Shown: positions 48,136 through 59,649 of the stretch, piece after piece
How positions within the stretch are numbered: the first letter of the stretch is position 1
Layout: every line of letters starts with the position of its first letter
NCBI GenBank assembly: GCA_965112155.1
Contig: OZ218112.1
Direction: 5' to 3' (one strand)
DNA: 64,000 bases
Source of the DNA: Podarcis liolepis
Taxonomy: Eukaryota
Position numbers and translations under genes: made by a program
Notes under the pieces: generated by a model
What the model saw: only the letters and a program-made list of their open reading frames with translations
What the model was told of the DNA's origin: nothing
Databases searched by the model: none

Positions 48136-51100
48136 CTGTGGAGAGGAAGGCAGAAATCAAGAAAGGAAAATTCTAGCACCCCTCCCCTCCGCCACAAAAA
48201 AGATCCATAACCTGTGATCACGGCAGATCAAATGTTTATTCTCTCTTACCATGTACAGCTCCTTCCATTTGCTAGACCAGGGCAGTTCAACATTTGACAC
48301 CTCCCACAGCCCTTATGTTGCCTTCCCAAAGCCAGGGAAGGATGACAGATCTGACAGGATCCTAGAGTGCTCTCACCTCCATCTCAAAGCCTAATTAGCA
48401 CCTTCCCAGCTGGGTATGTGTCAGGTTTTGGCCTTGCTCACCTCCCCCCACGACAAGCAGTGTGTGGCCTATGGGTTCCATGTTAAAGTACTCATGGTCC
48501 ACTTGCTATTAAAAGTTGGACCACCCTGTGCGGCCTAGGACCCACAAACCTATGGGACCACCTCTTTTGGTATGCCCCGCAGAGGACCTTAAGGTCCACA
48601 AATAACAACACTTTGGAGGTGATGGCTTCAGACAGAGGAGGGCTAACATAGCCATTGCGGCTAGTAGCCATTGATAGGCTTATCCTCCATGAATTTGCCT
48701 AATCCTCTTGGTTGGTGGGACGCGGGTGCCACCGTGGGTTAAACCACAGAGCCTAGGACCTGCCGATCAGAAGGTCGGTGGTTCGAATCCCCCTGATGGG
48801 GTGAGCTCCCGTTGCTCGGTCCCTGCTCCTGTCAACCTAGCAATTTGAAAGCACCTCAAAGTGCAAGTAGATAAATAGGTACTGCTCCAGCGGGAAGGTA
48901 AACGGTGTTTCCGTGCGCTGCTCTGGTTCGCCAGAAGCGGCTTAGTCATGACCCGGAAGCTGTACGCCGGCTCCCTCAGCCAATAAAGCGAGATGAGCGC
49001 CGCAACCCCAGAGTCATCCGCGACACGACCTAGTGGTCAGGGGTCCCTTTACCTTTACTTGGTGGTCTTAACTACATTTTGTAGCACATGTACCTTACAT
49101 GTAAGGTAAGAAGAGCCCTGCTTGAATAAGGCCAAAGGACCACCTAGTCTAGCATCCTGTTCTCACAATGGCCTACCAGATGTCCTAATGAGAAGCCTGC
49201 AGGTGGGACCAGAAGAAGAACAGCACTCTCCACCAATTACAATTCCCAGCAACTTGTGTCCACAAGCATACTGCTTCAAGCAGCTGGAGAGTTCTCCTTT
49301 ATGCAGCTCTAGCTATGTGTGATTTGGATCAAGACCTTGGATGGGGGCGGTGGTGGTTAGAAGCCTCCCACCCCTTGCTGCTGGCAGGTTTTACAAAGAA
49401 TTAAAGGAAGGCATTCAATTGGGAGTATGCAACATGATTCTGACCTAATAGGCAGTTTAGGGGCTGCAGATGCAATGAGAATATGGACTCTTGTTCAGAG
49501 CGCTGCTTCTGCCCCTCAAAGAATTGCACCTTTCTATATGTTACCTGTCACTACTTGTTGACCGTACTGTTCCTGGCTTGGGGTCTGACTGTTTCTGGGG
49601 GGTTTTCTTCTGCTTCTGTCCTCCCTCCGACTTGGGACCTTGGCCGTCTAGAAGACCTGGATGAAGAAGAAAGGAATGCTTCTGAATTCTCAGAGTAAAG
49701 GAAATGGAATTGTTTCATTTGTCAATGACTAATTCCACCTGGCTGTTCCCCAAAGGGGCCTCCGAGGTGATCACTGGTAAGTGTAATACAACAACAGACG
49801 GGGGAAGCTATAAATCGTCTTGCTGTCCTCACTGTAGTGAGCCTTTTGCTGCCTTTGGCAAAGGGTGATGAGAAGTCTCTTGGCTTTCCTCTCCAGCTTG
49901 GACCACTGCCATAGTGCTGAGCTTTGCTGGTCAATGACAGGGGAGATCACTGCCCTCCTCTCCAGATCCAAGCTGGCGAGAGAGGCTGGGATTCGTTATT
50001 TGGGGTGCCAAGGGGTCTAAGGCTCTTCAAGTGCCTCGGCAACTTAGTTACAAATCACAAGCTCCAAATTTGGAGCTGGAATGGTGGCAGAGCAACAATC
50101 CCCACCAAAATGGAGCAGATTGTCCTTGATCTCACAATGCAGGGGCACACAGTTTGAGGTCAGATTCCTGACAACCACAGGGCTTGGGGAGGGCTTGGCT
50201 ACCATATTCTGCTGAAATCTGCAAGCCCCTGAACAGACAAGCAGACTAGCCCATGCCACAGTCAAGAGATTCAAGCGAGCCTGAGTGAGGGATCAGTACC
50301 TGCAGTGTCAGTCAATAGCATCTTGACTTCATGCTTAAAGAGTAAGAAAGCAGGAGGAAAGGGGGCAAGCAATGTTCCTAATACAATGAACTCCAGCACC
50401 AGGGTGTTGCATTTTCACCCAACATAGATCATGGCTACATCCAAATATCTCAATGTGCCTGGCAGTGCTGCCGCCAGGATCCCTTGCTGCCTATGCCCCT
50501 GGATGGCCCTATTACTTTACCAAGTAATTCTTTGCGTGTCCGGGTTGCGATTTCTTTGATCTCTATGCGCGACAAAGAGAGGGAAGGAGCGACAGGGATG
50601 GAGGCGCTGCTGGCCGACGTCGGGGTGGTGATGACTTTGGGGACCAGGGGGGACTTGAGTGGGCGTTCGATGCTCCTGCCGACCAGGTTGCTCAGGGGGA
50701 TCTTGTAGATGTTTTTGCACAGAGCTTCACCTGAAGTGACAAGGAGGAGGAGGGTCGTGGAGCAGGAGTTGACTATAAGCAGGCTTGCGGGTGAGTTGGC
50801 GGTCCACAAAAAAACTCTTTTACCCTCCTTATGATAATAATAACAATCATTTATTATTTATATGCTGCTCATCTGACTGGGTTGCCCCAGCCACTCTGGG
50901 TGGCTTCCAGCAAATTATAAAACCACAGTAAAACATTGCACATTAAAAACTTCCCTATTTGGGATGCCTTCAGGTGTCTTCCAAAAGTCAGATAATTGTT
51001 TGTTTCCTTGCCATCTGGTGGGAGGGTGTTCCAAGGGAGGGTGCGACTACCGAGAAGGCCATACCCGTGTGCTCTGGTTCCCTGTAACCTCACTTCTCAC

Positions 51101-54100
51101 AATGAGGGAACCGCCAGAAGGCCCTCGGAGAAGGATCTCAGTGTCCGGGCTGAACGATGGGGGCGGAGATGCTCCTTCAAGTATACAGGACCAAAGCTAT
51201 TTAGGGATTTAAAGGTCAGCAACAAAACTTTGAATTGTGCTAGGAAATGTACTGGGAGCCAATGTAGATCTTTTAGGACCAGTGTTATATGGTCCCGGTG
51301 GCAGCTCCCAGTAACCAGTCTGGCAGCCGCATTCTGGATTAATTGTAGTTTCTGAATCACCTTCAAAGGTAGCTCCACATACAGCACATTGCAGTAGTCC
51401 AAGCGGGAGATAACCAGAGTATGTACCAATCTGGCAAGACAGTGTGCGGGCAGGTAGGGTCCAAGCTGGTGTACTAGATGGAGCTGGTAGACAGCTGCCC
51501 TGGACACTGGTGCCCTTGGCTTGTGCCTCCATGGACAGCTGTGAGTCCTTTAGGGCCACAGTTACTCCATTCAGGACCAGGGAGTCCCCCCACCTGCCCG
51601 CCCCCTGTCCCCCAGAAACAGTACTTCTGTTTTGTCGGGATTCAACCTCAATCTGTTGACTGCCATCTACCCCTCCCCCCAACCGCCTACAGACACCCAC
51701 ACAGGATGTTCACTGCCTTCACTGGTTCTGAATTAAAAGAAAGGTAGAGCTGGGTATAATTCGCTTACTGGTGAACACCCAGCCCAAACCCAGCGGTTTC
51801 ATATAGATGTTAAAAAGAATGGGGGAGAGTTTGGAGCCCTGGGGCACCCCACAAGTGAGCGCCATGGGGTTTGAACATTAATCCCCCACCACTACTTTCT
51901 AGACACAATCTAGGAGGAAGGAGCAAAACCATTGCCCCCAGCCCTCCTAGTTGGCCCTGGAGGATACTGTGGTTGACAGTATCAAAAGCTGCTGAGAGAT
52001 CCAGCAGAACCAGGAAACAGCTTTCATCTCTGTCCCTAGCCCATCAGAGATCATCAACCAGCATGTCCAAGGCAGTTTCAGTCGCATGGTGGAGCCTAAA
52101 ACCCGACTGGAAGGGGTTTAAATAGTCCACATCCTCCAGGTGTGCCTTATTGATTTATTATTTTTATTATTTTTCTAATTTGTTATTTTTTTCCTTACCA
52201 CACTGTATTACAAAAGTAATATTGACTGAAGCATAAACATAAATTAAACCCTTCCCCCCCTTGAATAGTATTTCAAATTACATTCCTTGAACAGTATTTC
52301 AAATTACATTTCTTAAAGTATTCTACAAAAAGGATTAAGAATCTTCTATGTAACGTAATATTTGATCTACTATAATATATAACACTATTTTTTCCTTTAT
52401 AGTGTTCATTGTTTTCTATAACCTATAAGTAAAACAAATGACTCCATTAATTAGATCCACATTTCATTTTTCTTAATTCACCTAATCCTTCTTCAACTGA
52501 TCCTATACTCCCTTAAAAAGACCAAACGATTTTATATGAAGTTAGCACTCTTCTGCCAGATTTATTTATTTATTTATTTAACAAAATTTATATACCACTT
52601 GAATGCAAAACAAAGCAAAACCTCTAAGCAGTTTGCAAAAATTTAAAATAAAACATTAAGATTATCCATTTAAAAACTAGTTTAAAAAATAGGTATTTAC
52701 AATATGGTTAAAAACAGCAATAGCTAAAAAGAAATAAAACAAAAGAAATAAAACATGTAACATCTATGCATCTGAATTGGCTTAGCTAAAAAACCACAAC
52801 ATTTTACACATTTAATTGGTGAATCACACAAATCAGTTAATTTCACTGCAGATGATAGCAAGGCAAATAACTCCAGTTTTGGTGGAAGATGACAGCAGTG
52901 GAACAGAAGCAGCACTGCATGCAATGAACACAGAATGGAAAAATATGCCTTCCTATCTCCCTAAGTCCGACATTGTGCAGATTTGGGATAAAAGGACAGT
53001 TTCAAGCCCAAAAAGTTTGAAGACTGATGCTTTAGCTCAGCCTTTTTCAACCTGTGGGTCCCCAGATGTTGTTGAACTACAACTCCCATCACCCCTAGCT
53101 AGCAAGGCCAGAGCTCAGGGATGATGAGAATTGTAGTTCAACAACATCTGGGGACCCACAGATTGAGAACCACTGCTTTAGCTGAACATACTACAGAAGC
53201 AACAAATTCCCAGTTGGCCTCAGCCCCTTCCTTACCTTCTGTTGCGGAAGGAGAGAAAACAGGGATTTCATTGACTGATGGTGTCTGAGGGGTAGTAGGT
53301 GAATTAGTCTCCTTGGAACTGCCGTTGGATGGCTCGCTCACTGCCGTTACGGCTCTGAAGTAGATATCTGACTGGAAGGAGAAAGAGGCTGTGTTAGCAA
53401 AGTGGACTTATCTGAAGCTATGGGTTGTCACTGTGGTACCCGTGTGCCCACAAACATCTCCAATGGCACCAACAAAAAGGAAACCCCAAGGTTTGTATAA
53501 GTACCAAAATGTTTGTCCAGGGAGGGATACCTTGGGCAGCAATGAGGGCAAAATAGGTCAGTGGGGACAGAGGATACTCAGTGAGCACAGAATGCTGTCT
53601 GGCAGTTATGGAGAAAACCCAGAAAAGTGAGTTGAAGTGGGAATGGAATATCATGGGAAAGAGCATGGCCAGCTGGCCGGCAGCTTGAACAGGAATATCA
53701 CACAGCAAAGTTTTGTTGCATGTCCCGCTTGTTTAGTGGGCTTATGGGTTAAATGATGCAGTCTTAATATGAAACACAGGGTCCCTTCCAACTCTACAAT
53801 TCTATGGTTCTGCCTTTGTAGTGCTAGAAGAGGCATGTCTAGAAGAAGAGGAATTTTGCACAGGAAACCAGACTTCTTATCTCACTGCCTTACCCTTGAT
53901 GCCACCAGCTCAAGCGCAGGGACCACAGCTGTGTGGACGAGGTTCCCATTCACCACTAATCTGATCTCAATGGAATCGGTGGTGAAGGCCAAAATATAGG
54001 GGAAAGCGCAAACTGTAGGAGACAAAAGCATTTAATGAAGAAATAAATGCAACATGGTATATGATGGGCTTCTCTGCACATGTTGTCAGTCCTAAGCATC

Positions 54101-57100
54101 ATGAAGCTCTGAAGTTTTCCTGATCTACAATAAGCCTTTACCATGTTATTACTGACTTACATAGCACCATCAAAGTCCAACAACATCAAAAACAGATTCC
54201 TGCCCCTAAAATTTAACTAAGAGGAGGAAGACAGAGGCAATGGAGAGGGGAAGAAGACTCTTCAGGTCTGCTCAGTTGCACATACTAAAGCTCTGTTTTT
54301 AGGAGGGGGTGAAGCTGATGGGGTTGTGCCAAAGGCTTCCCAGAAAATGTGGGTTTTGAGGACAGAGAGATTTGAAGGGAGAGAGGAAGGTATTGTGCAG
54401 GTGCTTCAGGCAGAAGAAGTAGCAGAAAGAGAGGAAAAGGTGGAGCAAGAGAGCTTTGGACAGTTGAGGGTAGTGGAGCAAAGGGCAGGGATATAAGGGA
54501 GGAGAGACAGGTCAGGGCAATGGCAGGCTCTGAAGTCAGGAGGAGGCATTTATGTACTGGATCCAGGAGCAGACAGGAAACTGATGGGTGTCTCTGTGTT
54601 ACACAGGGGCATAATGTGATCAAAACAATTAAGGCAGGCTAAGGATGGGCGCGGGTGACGCTGAGGGTTAAACCACAGAGCCTAGGACTTGCCGATTAGA
54701 AGGTTGGCGGTTCGAATCCCCACGACGGGGTGAGCTCCTGTTGATCGGTCCCTGCTCCTGCCCACCTAGCAGTTCGAAAGCACGTCAAAGTGCAAGTAGA
54801 TAACTAGGTACCGCTCCGGCAGGAAGGTAAACAGTGTTTCCATGCGCTGCTCTAGTTTGCCAGAAGTGACTTGGTCATGCTGGCCACATGACCCAGAAGC
54901 TGTACGCCGGCTCCCTTGGCCAGTAAAGCGAGATGAGCGCCGCAACCCCAGAGTTGGTCACGACTGGACCTAACGGTCAGGGGTCCCTTTACCTTTTAAG
55001 GATGGACAACCTTTTTCTGTTTAGGGCCGCACTCCTTGCTGACTACCACCCCCTTTTCTCTTTTCCTGCCACCGCATTGTCCTCCTCCCTCCCTCTGCCT
55101 GCCCATAGAGGCTGTCCCTCCACATTACAATGGCTTCACACAGCAGCAGAGACTTATTGGAAAGGGGGAGGCAATTGGTTCTTCTTACCAATGGCATAAG
55201 GAACCTGGTTCCAGCTGAAGTGGAAGTCAGATGCTGATGGCTGGACCAAAGGGGAGCCCCCATTGAAGGGGCACACTTTGCGGTAATAGCAGACATCTGT
55301 AACAAGAGACCCCTGTTAACTTCAAGCAAATAAAGAAACATAGACCTTGACACTAAATGTAGAAAAACAAGGCAGCCAAGCAATGTCACTGGCTCTGCTC
55401 CCGTGACAACAGCCAGGAACACAGAAATTAGAAGGAGTGAAGCTTTCTCCTGTTGCAGCCTCACCATTTCGCTGGGAAAGGCCTCAGCTACTCTATGCTC
55501 AAGCATCTGGTCAATGCCAAAGCCACAGGTAGTCACCAGTGGAATTGGCAACCTTCAACATCGGAGAGAGGAGAGCTGTTTTCAAATACATAGAAGCAGT
55601 GCTTGTTTTTCCTTAAAAAACGTTTAGGAGTACTCTCATTTTCCTACTCATATTGAAATACTGCCCCTCAATGAGGCCATACTTAGATTCTCAAAATGTT
55701 TAGGGGTAGCGTACCCCTGTGTACTCCCAGAAAAAAAGCACTGCATAGAAGACAGAAATGGCAGGAAAGCAGATTTTGGCTAAATGTGAGGAGAATCTTC
55801 CTAAAGGTAACAGCTGTTTCACTGTGGAACAGTCTGCCCGAGCAGGAGGTGGTGGGCTCTCCCTTGCTGGAGGTATTTTAAGCAGAGGCTGGATGGCCCA
55901 TCTGCCAGAGATGCTGCTGCTGCACCCTGCATTGCACAGCCCGTAACATACCAGGAGGCTCCCTTTCGACTCTACAGTTCTATGAAATGGAAGTTTGGTG
56001 CTTGCTTTCTCCTTGCTCTTCTGCTTTGTCCACATGTGCGAGGGCTTTTGCTCATCCAGGTTCCTAGCTTTGCTTTGCCAATAAGATATACTGACAAGAA
56101 ACTGAGATTTTTGCTCAAGTCAGCTTCACCTAGAATCAGAGGACTGGCAAGTGGGGTGATGGCTGAGGTGGCCAGAAGGCAGAAACTTTTCCAGATTCCT
56201 CGTCTTTCTGCCTTCAAGTCAAGCTGCATAGACTAATTTCACCACTACCACTAGGTGTGGGCTCATTTGCCTATTCTAGTGGAAAAGGGAGGGCAAGACT
56301 TGGGGGTTGGCCATCTACTGCATTCTACCATCAACCCACTTGAGCCCCTCCTTGTTTTGGATAAGGATAATGGAGAAGAGAAGGCTTAGTGGCTGCCCAA
56401 TGCATCAGTCCAGGCTCACTTCGACTTCTGGCAGCTGTTTTGATGCACCTGTCAGCTGCCCACCCACCACCATGTGCTGCTTATGCAAAGAACACATGCA
56501 ACCAGCAGGAAAGCAAGTCCGTCTTTCTCTTCTCTTACTTCTGCCCCTTTCCAAACAGTTTACTATTATCCTTATTCTATTTAAATTGTATAACTGTTTT
56601 ATTATAATCTTATACTATACTATATTATATTATTTATCAATCATTAATGTGCAGTGGACATATATTGCGGGGCATATGTGCAAGAGAAGAAATGCTTTTC
56701 ATGCCTATGGGGGCAGTCCTATGGCAAGATGGCCACCTGTCATGGATGCTTTAGCTGAGATTCCTGCATTGCAGGGGGTTGGGATAGATGACCCCTGGGG
56801 TCCCTTCCAACTCTAAGATTCTGTAATTCTCTGAAATATGATGAAGATGATGATTGGGCTATATCCAATAACATAATTAAGGTACTCTTAGTAGAACTAT
56901 TATTACCACTTTATAAATGATAGTGAGATTAATAATGTCACTTATAAAAATAAAATATGATAATATCATTTATAAAGCACCTAACGTTTTCCAACTGTTT
57001 TATGTTTTGCATCAAAGATGAGAGAATCCCTGCCTGCAGGTTCATAATCCAACAGACATTATGCAAAAGGAAAAAAAGTAATGGGAGGAAAGTAAGCAAA

Positions 57101-59607
57101 TTCTTGAAGTTACATCATCTCAATAACATCCTCCGATTTCCACAGGTAGGCCTCCCTGCTTTCAAGTGCACACCAAGCACATGCACACAAACACCCCAAC
57201 CACCATTGCTTTCCTGACGGCCAGCAGAGGGTGTTTCTCTTCAGCTCTAGCAATCCCTATTCTACCTTACTGCCTCTCCTGTGCGAAGCAAGTCTTATTC
57301 CTTAAATGCCCATTCTGCACTGATGCAAGACGGAACCATAGACAGACCCCAGACCGTCTCCCTGGACAGAGCGAGTTAACAGTACTTACAGTTATAACAC
57401 AAGAGCAGGCCAGCTTCTCCATCTTCATACACATCAATAGCTGCAACAAAATTAACCTGCAATGATAACGGGCAAGGGTAGTGGGCAGGCTGGAGGCTGA
57501 GCTTCCTACGAACTCTTTGAGAACAATTCAGCGGTTTTGTATCAGGAGAAAAAGGAGAAGTCCCACCCCCTACCCCCCGCTTTCCATCCCGATCCCACCA
57601 AACGTTTCTAAATTCTGGCACCTGCATCTAGTCTGTAATTTAATCTAATTGTTTTACGTACACTTCTAATTCAAAGCCTAAGTAAACAACTGCAGAAGTG
57701 CTGCTTCTGTTATTATACATTTTGGTTTTCTGGCACAGGGGGCATGACCCAGCCCAAGTTAAGCATGTTTAGAAATCCCAGTGATCTTGATGGTAAAAAA
57801 AAAATCACAGGAAGTAACAGGACAAAAGTATTTCATTTTGACTGATTCATCACCTAGGATTGCCTTTTTAATCAACTGAATCAGGTTGACAGTAGACATC
57901 AGGTGTAGTGCAGGAGATGGCCCTGATCCTGAGATCAACTGCATTTTTGCTCGGGCAGCCTTGGGGGTGGGGAGGCTGAGACCCTTTCGAAGGAAACGAG
58001 GGACAGCAGCTTCAGCAAACTGCTGTGACACCCAATGAACTTACCCTGCTCGAGTCGACATGGTGCAATCTGTAGGATTCGCCCGTGCTCTCATTGATCA
58101 AGTCGAACTGGTGCCGGTAGGCGACGCAAATCAGGTTGTCATTTTCCCCCGTGGGCCCGTCCACCAATGTCATGACAACAGGGGGGTCAGACAAGCAGAT
58201 CTCCTGCAATCCCCAAACAATGCTACATTAAAGGTATTGTGTGTGCGCATGAACAGAGATGCAGGACACCAAATTCAGACTTCTTGAGGATCTCAGGTAC
58301 AGAAAAGGGTAACCAATACAACAACAGAGATTGCAGAACCTCCCACAATAAATCATTTGCATTTTAAACATTTTAGTTAATAAAAAGGTATCTAAAGTTA
58401 TAAGAGCATGATAAAGGCTGATATGCATACACAGATCAGGCATGGAGGCTTTGCCCACAGACCCGCTATGAAGATCCATCAAGCTGATAGGCCCTAGAAA
58501 TGAGGCCTCTGTGCCCTGTCAGTGTGCCCTGTCCATGTGGAACTCCTTCTTGCTGGATGTGTGTCTGGTGCCCTCTCTGGTTAGGGTCAAATGAAGACTT
58601 GGCTATTCCAAGCTGCTCTGAACTGAAGGAGGTTTGTTGGTCTAGAACACAGGTTGCCAATGCAGCACCCATGGAGGCCAGTTTGCCCATCCTATCAGGA
58701 CCCTCTCTGGTGTCTGTGAGAGGTCTTGGTAAATATTCCCTCAAAAATCTGCAATAGATGAAGGGCTGCTTGCTCTCCCTACTCAGTCTCTGTTTGCATT
58801 GGCTTGGCCTCTCCTACACTGAACAACCCCCCTAAAACCGGAGCTGAGGTGTGAAAAACTTCTCTCTCTGTGAGTGAGCATGGTGGCGGCTGATGTAGGT
58901 GCCTTTTCCCATTGATGGGATGGCTGAATAGTGTGTGTGTGCCTGAACCATTTTATGGTCCTCCTTTTCTGCATTTTTTGTAAAGATATGGAAGCCCTTA
59001 TGCAACCCGTTTAGTGACTGTCGCCCAAAGAACTTTCTCAGCATTCCAAATGCATCCATTGGCTCAAAAGGCTTGATGACACCTTCCTCCCACTGGCCTA
59101 TCATTTTAAGCTGTGGCTGCTTTTACGGCAGGGGTGGGGAAATCTGTGGCCCTCCAGGCGCTAATGGGCTGGCCAGTGTGCTCAGGGATGGTGGGAGTTG
59201 GAAGTCCCAATAACACTGGGAAGGCCAAAGTTTCCCCTCTTGATCGTGGGCCCCATGGCCTCTCTGAAGGATTTTTAAAGATCAGGAAGACTGGATCAGC
59301 TCCTAGGATTAAAAGGGCAGCTTACCGTTTTCCGCCAGGCACCCAAGGAGGAGGAGGCATGTGTGGACGGTGGTAGTTTGCCAGTGCTTTACCTCAAACC
59401 TACCCGGATGTACTGGAATTCTTCAACTGGGGACTCTGACTGAGGCGACAACGAGAGGCCACTGTTCAGACCCTCCCACTGCTTGAACTTCCTGGTGATG
59501 AGAAGCAGCTTGTTCCGGATGGATGCGACGATCCGCAGCTCGTTGCTGTGGTGGGTGTTGATGGCATACAGATGGCAGCCTGGGCAACAAAGGTTCAGTT
59601 GAGGGTG

Positions 59608-59649
<42 letters not shown>

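Noticed and set aside
52258-52322. Short tandem repeats of about 26 bp (also 8772-8838, 9273-9344)
   Set aside because: Ordinary local slippage duplications; no repeat-spacer architecture, and CRISPR is not applicable to vertebrate DNA.
55021-55551. 176-aa minus-strand ORF with a hydrophobic stretch
   Set aside because: Crosses the true GARNL3 exon 55189-55296 in a different frame; the rest is intron.
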